This document shows positions 41,131 to 51,888 of a DNA stretch of 56,188 nt, in pieces. Source of the stretch: Chthoniobacterales bacterium. GTDB lineage: Bacteria > Verrucomicrobiota > Verrucomicrobiia > Chthoniobacterales > JACTMZ01. The stretch covers positions 1 through 56,188 of the forward strand of contig JBBECM010000113.1 in assembly GCA_040881855.1 (NCBI GenBank), read 5' to 3'. Numbering within the stretch: the first letter of the stretch is position 1; each line of letters starts with the position of its first letter. The translations under genes were made by a program, and so were the position numbers. A model generated the notes under the pieces. It did not search any database and was not told where the DNA came from. It was given only the letters and a program-made list of their open reading frames with translations.

Positions 41131-41862
41131 GTGAGCGGCGAGTTTGTCGCGCTGGGCGCCGCGATTTTTGTCGTCGCGCTGCTTTATTCATCCGTGGGCC
41201 ACGCCGGCGCGTCGGGTTACATCGCGGTGATGGCCCTCTTCGGCCTCGGAGTCGACGTGATCCGTCCGACCGCACTGACCCTCAACATCCTTGTCGCCAC
41301 CATCGGTTTCATGCAGTGGTGGCGCGGCGGGCATTTCAGTTGGTCGCTCTTCTGGCCGTTCGCCTTGTTGTCCGTGCCCGCCGCTTTCTTCGGCGGTTGG
41401 CTGCCTGTGCCGGCGGATTATTTGAAAATTTTGATCGGTCTGGTGCTATGGTTTTCCGCGTGGCGTTTGTTTTATGGCAGAGCCAACCCGCCGGATATCG
41501 CGCCTCCGGGGCGGCCAAGGGCCATCGCCTCCGGCGCGGGCATCGGATTCTTGTCCGGCCTGACCGGCACCGGCGGGGGAATTTTTCTCACCCCGCTCAT
41601 GCTCATTTGCCGCTGGGCGAAGGTGAAAGAGGCGGCGGCGGTATCTTCGCTTTTTATTCTGGTCAATTCGTCGTCCGGCTTGGCCGGCTATGTGAAGAGC
41701 GGACGCGAATTGCCCGATTTCGCCTGGCCGTTGGCGGTCGTTGTCGCGATCGGCGGCTTTATCGGATCGCGCCATGGCAGCCGTCATTTGCCGGCACGCG
41801 GCATTGCGGTTCTGCTCGCGGTGGTGCTGGTCATTGCCGGGACGAAACTTCTGCTCGGTTAG
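41131..41862 (+). CDS. TauE/SafE-family anion exporter (sulfite exporter-like membrane protein)
   Basis: The GTG start is 1 nt after the nfeD stop. VVALLYSSVGHAGASGY and GIGFLSGLTGTGGGIFLTPLM are the duplicated TauE motifs. There are about 8 TM segments. Confidence 0.8.
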   Translation: MSGEFVALGAAIFVVALLYSSVGHAGASGYIAVMALFGLGVDVIRPTALTLNILVATIGFMQWWRGGHFSWSLFWPFALLSVPAAFFGGWLPVPADYLKILIGLVLWFSAWRLFYGRANPPDIAPPGRPRAIASGAGIGFLSGLTGTGGGIFLTPLMLICRWAKVKEAAAVSSLFILVNSSSGLAGYVKSGRELPDFAWPLAVVVAIGGFIGSRHGSRHLPARGIAVLLAVVLVIAGTKLLLG

Positions 41863-42056
41863 CCGCCGGCGACCATGCGGATGATTTCCAACCGGTCGCC
41901 GGGTTGGAGAATGGTCTTGGCCCACTCGGAGCGCAGCAACGCGGTGCCATTGTGCTCGACGAGCGCAGCGGCGAGGGGGAGGCCGAGTTCGGCGACGAGG
42001 TCTTCGACTTGCGTCGCCTGGACCTCGCGCTCCGCGCCGTTGAGGACAAGTTTCAT
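41859..42056 (-). CDS. thiS: Sulfur carrier protein ThiS
   Basis: 65 aa, MKLVLNGAERE...LEIIRMVAGG with terminal Gly-Gly. The start overlaps the thiH stop by 4 nt. Confidence 0.85.
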   Translation of the reverse strand: MKLVLNGAEREVQATQVEDLVAELGLPLAAALVEHNGTALLRSEWAKTILQPGDRLEIIRMVAGG

Positions 42057-43195
42057 GCCCCGAGGATGGCGCGGTCCCAGTCTTTCCACACGGGGTCGAG
42101 GCCGAGTTGCCGCAGCCGCGCGGCGACCTCCTGCGGCGCACGCTGGTCCGAGGTGGAAAATTGCTCGGTGGCCAGCGCGTCCTCCGGCGTGTCGCAGGCC
42201 AAGGCGCGTCCGCGCACGGTCAGGTGGAGGTTGTCGCGTCCGAGCCCGGTGTACCCGCCGGGTTCGGTGTGGCTGCCCGCGCTCATCATGGTGACGCCGA
42301 GCGGCGCGACGGCGTCGCGCAGGGCGGCGGGTTCGCGCGTGCTCATGACAATGCCGACGCGCGGAAAGTGGAGGCGGAACGCCGAGAGCAGTTGCACGAA
42401 ATCGCGATCGCCGAGCGGGTGCGTGGGGTGGAATCCGCCGGCGGCAGGGCGCAGGCGCGGGAGGCTGATGGTGAAATGCGCTTTCCAGCAGGTGCGGAGC
42501 AAACGGTCGAGGTGCGCGGCCAGTGCGATGGCCTCCTCGCGCCAATCCCACAATCCGAACAGCACGCCGATGCCGATGCGGCGGAAGCCGGCGGCGTGTC
42601 CCCGTTCCGGACAGGCCAGGCGCCAATCGTAGTCCTTCTTCGGTCCGGTCGTATGCAGGCGTGCGTAGGTCGGTCGGTGGTAGGTTTCCTGGTAGACGAC
42701 AAGGCCTTCGGCGCCGGCCCGGACGAGCGGGATGTAGTCGGGGGTTTCCATCGGGGCGACTTCGATCGAAAGTGCCGGGATCTCCGGCGCGAGGGCGCGG
42801 AGGATTTTCTCAAGGTAGCCGTTGGAGACAAATTTGGGATGCTCGCCGGCGACGAGGAGGATGTTGCGGAATCCCTGCGCGGCGAGGTGGCGGGCTTCGG
42901 CGCGGACTTGTTCCGCCTCGAGCGTGACGCGGAGGATGGCGTTCTCGCGGGAGAAGCCGCAATAAGCGCAGCTGTTGATGCATTCGTTGGAGAGATACAA
43001 CGGTGCGAACAGCCGCACCGTCTTGCCGAAATGGCGCCGGGTGAGGGCGCGCGCGTGCACGGCCATCTCCTCCAACCGGTCGTCGTCGGCGGGCGCGAGG
43101 TCGCGGGCCAAGGCGGCAACCGCCGGGGTGAGCGGCAGTCCCAGCGGAGCAAGGATTCGCGCCGGATCGGGCGGCGGGACGAGCGGGGCGTGCAT
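42053..43195 (-). CDS. thiH: 2-iminoacetate synthase ThiH (radical SAM)
   Basis: LYLSNECINSCAYCGF (CxxxCxxC) in a ThiH/BioB-like TIM barrel. It is followed by thiS. Confidence 0.88.
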   Translation of the reverse strand: MHAPLVPPPDPARILAPLGLPLTPAVAALARDLAPADDDRLEEMAVHARALTRRHFGKTVRLFAPLYLSNECINSCAYCGFSRENAILRVTLEAEQVRAEARHLAAQGFRNILLVAGEHPKFVSNGYLEKILRALAPEIPALSIEVAPMETPDYIPLVRAGAEGLVVYQETYHRPTYARLHTTGPKKDYDWRLACPERGHAAGFRRIGIGVLFGLWDWREEAIALAAHLDRLLRTCWKAHFTISLPRLRPAAGGFHPTHPLGDRDFVQLLSAFRLHFPRVGIVMSTREPAALRDAVAPLGVTMMSAGSHTEPGGYTGLGRDNLHLTVRGRALACDTPEDALATEQFSTSDQRAPQEVAARLRQLGLDPVWKDWDRAILGA

Positions 43196-43272
43196 CGAAA
43201 GCGGATAGTTTACCGTGTTCAGCGTTTTTGCAATTGCAAGACCGGCCCCGGGTCGGGGAATCTCGGCGCATC

Positions 43273-44235
43273 ATGGATCGCGGCAAAGCAGAAATGAGGC
43301 TCCTGACCGGCACGGCGCATCCGCAATTGGCGCAGGCCATCGCGGATTACATCGGAGTGCCGCTGGGTGACGCCACGGTCAGTTCGTTCCCGGACGGCGA
43401 GACGTTCGTCAAAATCAACGAGAACGTGCGGGGGCGCGACGTCTTCATCATCCAGCCGACTTGTCCGCCGACCAACCAGAACCTGATGGAGTTGCTCATC
43501 CTCGTGGACGCGGCACGGCGGGCCAGCGCGGCGCGCATCACGGCGGTGATCCCGTTCTTCGGCTATGCGCGTCAGGACCGCAAAGACCAGCCGCGCGTGC
43601 CGATCACGGCCAAGCTGGTGGCCAACCTGCTTGTTGCGGCGGGCGTGAACCGTCTGCTCACCATGGATCTCCATGCGCAGCAGTTGCAGGGATTTTTCGA
43701 CATCCCGGTCGACCATCTTTACGCGCTCCCCGTGCTGCTCAAATATTTGCGGGAGAAAAATATCCCGGACCTCGTGGTCGTCTCGCCCGACGTGGGCGGC
43801 GTGAAGATGGCGTCCGCTTATTCGCAGGTCCTCGGCGCGGGTCTGGCCATCGTGGTCAAGCGCCGCATCAGCGCGACGGAAACCGAGGCGCAGCATGTCA
43901 TCGGCGACGTGAAGGGAAAAAATGTCCTCCTCGTCGACGACCTCACCGAGACGGCGGGCACGCTGGCCGGCGCGGCCAAAATCCTCCGCGGCGCCGGCGC
44001 CAAAGACATTTACGCCATGGTCTCGCATGCCGTGTTGATCGGCATCGCGGCCAAGCGCCTGCGCGAGTCGGAAATCAAGGAATTGGTCGCCACGGACAGT
44101 GTTCCCGTGCCGGAATTCGAGGGCTGCCCGATCTCCATCTGCTCGGTGGCCGGCCTGCTCGGCGAGGGCATCAAACGCATCCACGGGGACGAGTCGGTGA
44201 CTTCTTTGTTTGAAATCAACGGGCATTCCGCCTAG
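43273..44235 (+). CDS. prs: Ribose-phosphate pyrophosphokinase
   Basis: FPDGETFVKINENVRGRDVFIIQ, YARQDRK, HAQQLQGFF, and LLVDDLTETAGT. An alternative start lies at 43294. Confidence 0.96.
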   Translation: MDRGKAEMRLLTGTAHPQLAQAIADYIGVPLGDATVSSFPDGETFVKINENVRGRDVFIIQPTCPPTNQNLMELLILVDAARRASAARITAVIPFFGYARQDRKDQPRVPITAKLVANLLVAAGVNRLLTMDLHAQQLQGFFDIPVDHLYALPVLLKYLREKNIPDLVVVSPDVGGVKMASAYSQVLGAGLAIVVKRRISATETEAQHVIGDVKGKNVLLVDDLTETAGTLAGAAKILRGAGAKDIYAMVSHAVLIGIAAKRLRESEIKELVATDSVPVPEFEGCPISICSVAGLLGEGIKRIHGDESVTSLFEINGHSA

Positions 44236-44247
44236 TTTCCTCGGCCC

Positions 44248-44919
44248 ATGTCGAACCAAGTCAGTCTGAAGGCCTCGCGTCGCACCGCGATGGGGCGCAA
44301 TGCCGTGAAACAAGTCAAAGCCGCCCGGGCCGTTCCCGCCATCCTTTACGGTCAGGGTGTCGAACCGCAACCCCTGCAGGTCGAGCGCCGCGCCATCGAT
44401 TCCCTGCTGGCCCACGCCGTGAGCGAAAACATTCTGGTCAACCTCGAAATCGAGGACGGCGGCAAATCCGCCGCCCGCCTCGCCCTGATCAACGAAGTGC
44501 AGCACCATCCGGTCAATCGGACCGTCCTCCATGTCGATTTTCAAGCCGTCTCGATGAACGAAACTCTCGTGGCCGAAGTCGTCATCGAACCGGCCGGCGA
44601 AGCAACCGGCGTCAAGACCGACGGCGGTTTGCTCGAGCAGAGCCTGCGCGCGATCGAGGTGGAATGTTTGCCCCAAGATCTGCCGGAGATGATCCGGGTC
44701 GATGTCAGCAATCTCGGACTGGGCTCCGCACTGCACGTCAGCGACCTGCCCGTGCTGCCCGGCGTGAAGTATCTGGCCGATGCCGAAGTGACGGTTTTCC
44801 TCGTTTCCGAACCGAAGGTGAGCGACGAGGCCGCGCCGGTCGAAGGCGCGCCGACCGAGCCCGAGGTGATCAAGGAAAAGAAACCCGCCGAGGGCGAGGC
44901 CGAAGCCAAGAAGGAGTAG
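44248..44919 (+). CDS. rplY: 50S ribosomal protein L25 / general stress protein Ctc form
   Basis: RR..G.NA.KQVKAARAVPAILYG, QHHPV.R.VLHVDF, and a long acidic C-terminal domain. Confidence 0.92.
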   Translation: MSNQVSLKASRRTAMGRNAVKQVKAARAVPAILYGQGVEPQPLQVERRAIDSLLAHAVSENILVNLEIEDGGKSAARLALINEVQHHPVNRTVLHVDFQAVSMNETLVAEVVIEPAGEATGVKTDGGLLEQSLRAIEVECLPQDLPEMIRVDVSNLGLGSALHVSDLPVLPGVKYLADAEVTVFLVSEPKVSDEAAPVEGAPTEPEVIKEKKPAEGEAEAKKE

Positions 44920-44925
44920 TCCGCC

Positions 44926-45495
44926 GTGGTAAACGGCGCCCCGACTTGGCTGGTGGCTGGTCTGGGCAACCCGGGGCCGCGCTACGCCCGCACGCGCCAC
45001 AACATCGGCTGGCTTGCGCTCGACACGCTGGCCACCGGGCCCTTTCGCGAAGAAAAGCGTTTCGAGGCCGCGGTTTCGCGGGCCGACGACGCTTGGCTCG
45101 TCAAGCCGGCCACCTTCATGAATTTGAGCGGCCTGGCCGTGCGCGCCATGGCCGACTTCTACAAAATCCCCCACCAACGCGTGCTCGTCGTCCTCGACGA
45201 TGCCGCTTTGCCCTTCGGGCGCCTGCGCATCCGTCCCTCCGGCAGTGCCGGCAGCCACAACGGACTGGAATCCGTGCTCGTCCATTTCGCCACCGCGGAC
45301 GTCCCTCGTCTGCGCATCGGGATCGGCAGCCCGGCGCCGCCCCTGACCCTCCACGACTACGTGCTCGCGCCTTTTACTCTGGAGGAACAGGCGCCGCTCG
45401 CCGCGCTGCTCGACCGTTCGGCGGCGGCGATCTGCGTCATTCTGAAAAACGGGCTTGCCGCGGCGATGAATGAGTTCAATAAAGAAGGATTATGA
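44926..45495 (+). CDS. pth: Peptidyl-tRNA hydrolase
   Basis: LVAGLGNPGPRYARTRHNIGW, KPATFMNLSG, and GSAGSHNGLES. GTG start. Confidence 0.93.
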   Translation: MVNGAPTWLVAGLGNPGPRYARTRHNIGWLALDTLATGPFREEKRFEAAVSRADDAWLVKPATFMNLSGLAVRAMADFYKIPHQRVLVVLDDAALPFGRLRIRPSGSAGSHNGLESVLVHFATADVPRLRIGIGSPAPPLTLHDYVLAPFTLEEQAPLAALLDRSAAAICVILKNGLAAAMNEFNKEGL

Positions 45496-45800
45496 CCAAA
45501 CGACGTTACGAAGTGCTGCTGGTGCTCAACACCAAGGGCAAGGAGGAATCGGCCAACGACCTGATCGATTCGATTGATAAGCAGATCAAAAGCGAAAACG
45601 TGGAGGTCGAGCAAATCCAGCGCCTTGAGAAACGCACCTTCGCCTACCCGAGCCGGAAGCAAACGTCCGGTCTCTATGTGAACTACATCATCCACGCCGC
45701 GCCCGAGCAGATCGACACGCTGCAGGCCAAATGGAAGCTCGACCCGGCGATCCATCTCCAACACTACCAGAAACTCAAACCTGCCGCCCAAGCGGCCTGA
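45492..45800 (+). CDS. rpsF: 30S ribosomal protein S6
   Basis: RRYEVLLVLN...LEKRTFAYP....SGLYVNY. Has a 4-nt overlap with pth. Confidence 0.93.
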   Translation: MTKRRYEVLLVLNTKGKEESANDLIDSIDKQIKSENVEVEQIQRLEKRTFAYPSRKQTSGLYVNYIIHAAPEQIDTLQAKWKLDPAIHLQHYQKLKPAAQAA

Positions 45801-45840
45801 ACCGCGCGCCCGCGCCCGAACCCCACACCACAAACACACC

Positions 45841-46290
45841 ATGGCCTCCTTCAACAAAGTCATGCTCCTCGGCAACCTCACCCGTGACCCCGAGGTCAAA
45901 TACACCCCCAAGGGCAGCGCCGTGGCCGACATCGGTCTCGCTGTCAACCGCACCTACACGACCGACGGCGGCGAGAAGCGTGAAGAGACGACATTTGTCG
46001 ACGTCACCATGTGGGGGCGCCAAGCCGAGATCGCCGGCGAATATCTCAAGAAAGGGCGTCCGCTTTTCGTCGAAGGCCGCCTGCAGCTCGACACGTGGGA
46101 CGACAAGCAGACCGGACAAAAGCGCTCCAAGATGCGCGTGGTCTGCGAAAACTTCCAAATGCTCGGCTCCCGCGACGGCGGCGGGGAAGGCAGCGGCGGT
46201 GGGGGACACTCTTCCGGAGCCGCGGGCAGCCGTCCCGCGAAGTCCGCGCCTGCCGCCGAGGAGAGCGGGGACGACGATATTCCGTTTTGA
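45841..46290 (+). CDS. ssb: Single-stranded DNA-binding protein
   Basis: MASFNKVMLLGNLTRDPEVKYT OB fold, a Gly-rich linker, and the C-terminal tip DDDIPF. Confidence 0.95.
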   Translation: MASFNKVMLLGNLTRDPEVKYTPKGSAVADIGLAVNRTYTTDGGEKREETTFVDVTMWGRQAEIAGEYLKKGRPLFVEGRLQLDTWDDKQTGQKRSKMRVVCENFQMLGSRDGGGEGSGGGGHSSGAAGSRPAKSAPAAEESGDDDIPF

Positions 46291-46358
46291 GGTAGGGGGG
46301 ACGAGCGGCCGCTCGTCCGCTCTTAAACACACGGACACGCGAGCCGCGTGTCCCTACC
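46291..46358. terminator. Convergent terminator region with two GC hairpins nested in an outer inverted repeat
   Basis: GGACGAGCGGCCGCTCGTCC (46299-46318) and GGACACGCGagcCGCGTGTCC (46333-46353), flanked by GGTAGGG (46291-46297) and CCCTACC (46352-46358). T-tracts are weak. Confidence 0.5.
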
Positions 46359-47178
46359 TTGAATCAGCCGGAACTTCCTCGTCCTCGCCGAGTTCCGATT
46401 CGATCTCCCGGCGCCACGAGGTTGAAATAAGCGGACGGGCCAGGCCGTAGAGCAGGTAACCGATGAAGATCATGGCCGTCATCCACTCGTAGTGCATGAC
46501 GGTGAAGATAAGCACGACGATGATGGCGATGAATTTGGGGATCGAGCGTCGCGTGCGCCAGTTCACCGCTTTGAAGCTCGGGTAACGCACGCGGCTGAAC
46601 ATCATGAACGAGAGGAAAAGCATGAGCGGTGGCAGAGCGAACTTCCACGGACCGATCGTCTTTTCTCCGGCATCGAGCCAGAGCATGAGTAGCGTGAGCG
46701 AGGCAATGAGCCCGGCCGCGGCCGGGATGGGGAAGCCTTCAAAGTCCTTGTGCGCCGCCTCCTCGCCGCGCTGGGCGGCCAGGCAATTGAACCGCGCGAG
46801 GCGGAGCGCGCCGCAGGCCAGGTAGACGAAGGCGATGAGCATGCCGTAGCGGTCGAAATCGCGCAGCACGATGTGGAAGGAGAGCAAGGCGGGCGCCACG
46901 CCGAAAGACACGATGTCGGCGAGCGAATCGAACTCGCGGCCGAACGCGCTTTCGTTCCCTCCGAGGCGGGCGAGCCGCCCGTCGAGCAGGTCGAAGACGC
47001 ACGCGCCGAGGATGAGCCAGATGGCCGTGTGGATTTTTCCCACGGGATCCATTCCGGCGTTCATCTGGATGACCGCGTCGAGGATGTTGAGCACCGCCGC
47101 GAAACCGCAGAAGAGGTTGCCCGCCGTCATGAGGTTCGGCAGGAGGTAAATCCGCGCGCCGTCCTTCTCGTCCTTCAT
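46354..47178 (-). CDS. pssA: CDP-diacylglycerol--serine O-phosphatidyltransferase
   Basis: LPNLMTAGNLFCG, DLLDGRLARL.....FGREFDSLAD (CDP-alcohol phosphotransferase motif). Trimmed to MKDEKDG. Confidence 0.9.
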   Translation of the reverse strand: MKDEKDGARIYLLPNLMTAGNLFCGFAAVLNILDAVIQMNAGMDPVGKIHTAIWLILGACVFDLLDGRLARLGGNESAFGREFDSLADIVSFGVAPALLSFHIVLRDFDRYGMLIAFVYLACGALRLARFNCLAAQRGEEAAHKDFEGFPIPAAAGLIASLTLLMLWLDAGEKTIGPWKFALPPLMLFLSFMMFSRVRYPSFKAVNWRTRRSIPKFIAIIVVLIFTVMHYEWMTAMIFIGYLLYGLARPLISTSWRREIESELGEDEEVPADSR

Positions 47179-47852
47179 ACCGCCGCCTCCTCGGGAATGG
47201 CGGGCGCTTCCGGCCGGGCCCCGGCCCGGAGCCGCCCGATGACCGTCTCTCCGCCGCGCACGTGCTGTCCGATCGCGACCGAGACCTCCGCGTCGGCCGG
47301 CAGGTAGATTTCCGTGCGGGAGCCGAAACGGATCATGCCGAAATGCTCCCCGCGCGCCAACCGGTCCCCCAGCATGGCCCACGGCACGATGCGGCGGGCG
47401 ATAGCTCCGGTGATCTGGCGGACCACGAGGGTGGTGCCCCCGCAGTCGAATCCCCAGGTCCTTGCGGTATTGTGGGTCGAAGCCATCGGACTGCGGGCGT
47501 CATGGTAGGTGCCGTCATGCGCCGCGGTGTAGACCACGCGGCCTTCGGCCGGAGTCCGGTTGACGTGGACGTCGAAGACGGAGAGAAAAATGCCCACGCG
47601 GCGCATGGTCTGGCCGGTGACTTCGTTTTCCTCCATGGTCTCGATGTCCGTGACCCGTCCATCGGCCGGCGAAACGACGAGATCCTTCCCCTGGGGGATT
47701 TTCCTCTGCGGGTCGCGGAAGAAAGACAAAGTGAAGGCCAGCAGCAGCGCCGGGAGCACCGTCAACCCGGGTGACCACCGCCACGCGCCCGCGGTGGCGA
47801 GAACGAGGATGAGCAGGATCCACTTGGCCTGCCAGAGGGTTTGCCAGCGCAT
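47175..47852 (-). CDS. psd: Phosphatidylserine decarboxylase proenzyme (short Asd-type)
   Basis: FFRDP.R, SPADG, VHVNR.P..G, and the MIRFGSRTEIYLP self-cleavage region. Has a 4-nt overlap with pssA. Confidence 0.88.
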   Translation of the reverse strand: MRWQTLWQAKWILLILVLATAGAWRWSPGLTVLPALLLAFTLSFFRDPQRKIPQGKDLVVSPADGRVTDIETMEENEVTGQTMRRVGIFLSVFDVHVNRTPAEGRVVYTAAHDGTYHDARSPMASTHNTARTWGFDCGGTTLVVRQITGAIARRIVPWAMLGDRLARGEHFGMIRFGSRTEIYLPADAEVSVAIGQHVRGGETVIGRLRAGARPEAPAIPEEAAV

Positions 47853-47934
47853 AAAACGATCTATTTACACGGCGGCGGGGGCGGGGGGAACCATTTGATT
47901 GGATTCGCGGCGGGAGGCGGCTATTTTTTCTCTG

Positions 47935-48489
47935 ATGACCAACCGTGAAATTACCCTGACCCGCGACTGCAAAGTGATCCTCATCCCGAGCGGCGAGGAG
48001 TCGAGTCTGCCGGCCGGGAGTCCGGTCATCGTCACGCAATCCCTCGGCGGGACCTACACCGTGGCCACGCAGACCGGTCTGGCCCGCATTGCCGAGACGG
48101 ATGCCGACGCGCTCGGCCTCGAGGTCGAAAAGAAAGAAGCCGTTGCGCCGGCCCCGGCGGCCGGCACGGGCGGCGAGATCAAGGAGGACGATGTCTGGGC
48201 GCAGTTGAAGAATGTCTATGACCCGGAAATTCCCGTCAATATCGTCGACCTCGGGTTGGTCTACGACCTGATCCTCGGCAAAAGCGACTCCGGTGGCACG
48301 ACCGTGAATGTCAAAATGACCCTCACCGCGCCCGGTTGCGGCATGGGTCCGACCATCGCGGCCGACGCGCGCAGCCGCATCCTCACCGTCCCCGGCATCG
48401 AATCCGCCGAGGTCGACCTCGTCTGGTCGCCACCGTGGAACCAGGGGATGATCACTGAAGCGGGGCGGATGAAGCTGGGTCTGGTCTGA
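47935..48489 (+). CDS. sufT: SufT-like Fe-S assembly protein (DUF59/MIP18 domain)
   Basis: The N-terminal region is REITLTRDCKVILIPSGEE..LPAGSPV.VTQSLGGTYTV. The DUF59 core is VYDPEIPVNIVDLGLVY...MTLTAPGCGMG. Confidence 0.8.
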   Translation: MTNREITLTRDCKVILIPSGEESSLPAGSPVIVTQSLGGTYTVATQTGLARIAETDADALGLEVEKKEAVAPAPAAGTGGEIKEDDVWAQLKNVYDPEIPVNIVDLGLVYDLILGKSDSGGTTVNVKMTLTAPGCGMGPTIAADARSRILTVPGIESAEVDLVWSPPWNQGMITEAGRMKLGLV

Positions 48490-48495
48490 CCCTGC

Positions 48496-50667
<2,172 letters not shown>

Positions 50668-50693
50668 TCAAGTGAGGGACCGTCGGACGGCCG

Positions 50694-51086
50694 TCAGGCG
50701 ATCAATTCGGCCGGCAATTTGCCGCCGTGCTTGGCGATCTGTTGCATGACCTGCTTGTGAAGCCAGATGTTCATCTTGGCCGTGTCTTTCATGTCTTCAC
50801 CGTAGCCGAGCTCGGTGGCCAACTCCTTGCGGGACGAGAGGCTGGTGTCCATGCCGACGAGCTTCATCAGATCGACAATGGAAACGGTCCAATCGAGCTT
50901 CTCCTTGCTCTGGCCGCGGAGTTCGTTGAGGTAGCCGGAGACATCGAAATCGGCCGGCACGGCGGGCGTGGCGGTGACAATGGTTTCGACGACTTCAGCG
51001 GCCGGTGCGGTCGCGGAGGCAGGTGCCGCCGCGGCTTCTTTTTTGCCGCCGAAGACTTTGTTGATGATGGTTCCTAGGATTCCCAT
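50694..51086 (-). CDS. DUF3597-like protein
   Basis: An Ala/Pro-rich N-terminal half. The C-terminal segment LDWTVSIVDLMKLVGMDTSLSSRKELATELGY...NIWLHKQVMQQIAKHGGKLP matches my recollection of DUF3597. Confidence 0.6.
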   Translation of the reverse strand: MGILGTIINKVFGGKKEAAAAPASATAPAAEVVETIVTATPAVPADFDVSGYLNELRGQSKEKLDWTVSIVDLMKLVGMDTSLSSRKELATELGYGEDMKDTAKMNIWLHKQVMQQIAKHGGKLPAELIA

Positions 51087-51115
51087 GGGTATGTTTATTC
51101 GGGTGGTTGGTTGTT

Positions 51116-51544
51116 TTATTTTCCGGTGAACATCGAGGCGATGGCCGGGAGATTTTTCAGGACGGCGCTGACCGCGTCATCACCGGCCACGCTTTTGGCT
51201 TCGCCGAAGAAACCGCTGGCCAGTTCGCCGGCTTTGTCCATCGGGATGCCCGCGCTTTGCAGAGCGCCGAGGGCCGCCGCGGCATCGCCCAGGTTGCCGC
51301 CCAAGAGGCTGCCCGCTTTGGCCAGAAGGCCGCCGACACCGCCGCCGGACGATTCGCCGCCTGCGGGGGCGGAGGTCATCAGCTCGGAGGCGCCGGGGAG
51401 AAGGCCGAGCATCGCGGTGAATGCCGGATTGCCGGAAGCAGCCGACTTTTGTTTGACGAAGTTAAGGAGGATGCCCACGCCGGCACGAATGGCAGATTCA
51501 GGCAGGCCGAGGTTTTGACTAAGGGTTTTGATGATTTGATCCAT
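51116..51544 (-). CDS. DUF2780-like protein
   Basis: MDQIIKTLSQNLGLPESAIRAGVGILLNFVKQK, a Gly-rich middle, and ...AGIPMDKAGELASGFFGEAKSVAGDDAVSAVLKNL. Confidence 0.6.
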   Translation of the reverse strand: MDQIIKTLSQNLGLPESAIRAGVGILLNFVKQKSAASGNPAFTAMLGLLPGASELMTSAPAGGESSGGGVGGLLAKAGSLLGGNLGDAAAALGALQSAGIPMDKAGELASGFFGEAKSVAGDDAVSAVLKNLPAIASMFTGK

Positions 51545-51597
51545 GAGCGGATATACTTAACCCATGGCATCACGTCTGGCGAGGGGGCAGTGTGAAA

Positions 51598-51615
51598 ATA
51601 CCCTGCGCAGGGTAT
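51598..51615 (-). terminator. Possible weak terminator hairpin after the DUF3276-like gene
   Basis: Perfect palindrome ATACCCTGCGCAGGGTAT lies 18 nt past the stop. It is followed on the minus strand only by TTTCAC. Confidence 0.35.
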
Positions 51616-51633
51616 GATGAAAATTACGTTGGT

Positions 51634-51888
51634 TCAGGCGTCCTCTGTCGGAGCGCCTTCCGCATCGATATTCAGGATCCGCTCCAAGGCATCCGCGAAG
51701 TCGTCCAGGGCCTCGTCGGGCACCATGATGGTGTCGCGGCGGCCACTGACATCCTCGGTGATCTTCAACACGCGACCGCGGTTGTTCTCTTTGTAATCGA
51801 GGAAGAAAATCTTCCGCCCCGCCACAACTTTCTCCGAGGCCAAAACCCGGTCCGGACTCCGCGAATAATCGTCGTTCATGCCATTCAC
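51634..51888 (-). CDS. PUR-alpha/beta-like nucleic-acid-binding protein (DUF3276-like)
   Basis: SEKVVAGRKIFFLDYKENNRGRVLKITEDVSGRRDTIMVPDE matches the PUR repeat pattern (F.FD.KEN.RG.+L.I.E). Length is 84 aa. Confidence 0.6.
   Translation of the reverse strand: MNGMNDDYSRSPDRVLASEKVVAGRKIFFLDYKENNRGRVLKITEDVSGRRDTIMVPDEALDDFADALERILNIDAEGAPTEDA

Noticed and set aside
43196-43272. Expected TPP riboswitch upstream of thiH-thiS.
   Set aside because: The 77-nt region has no CUGAGA / ACCUGAUC / AGGGA elements and is too short for the aptamer.
43219-45354. A 711-aa minus-strand ORF opposite prs, rplY and pth.
   Set aside because: It is an antisense artefact. The plus strand encodes three textbook housekeeping proteins, and the minus-frame product is Arg/Gly/Asp-rich with no recognisable domain.
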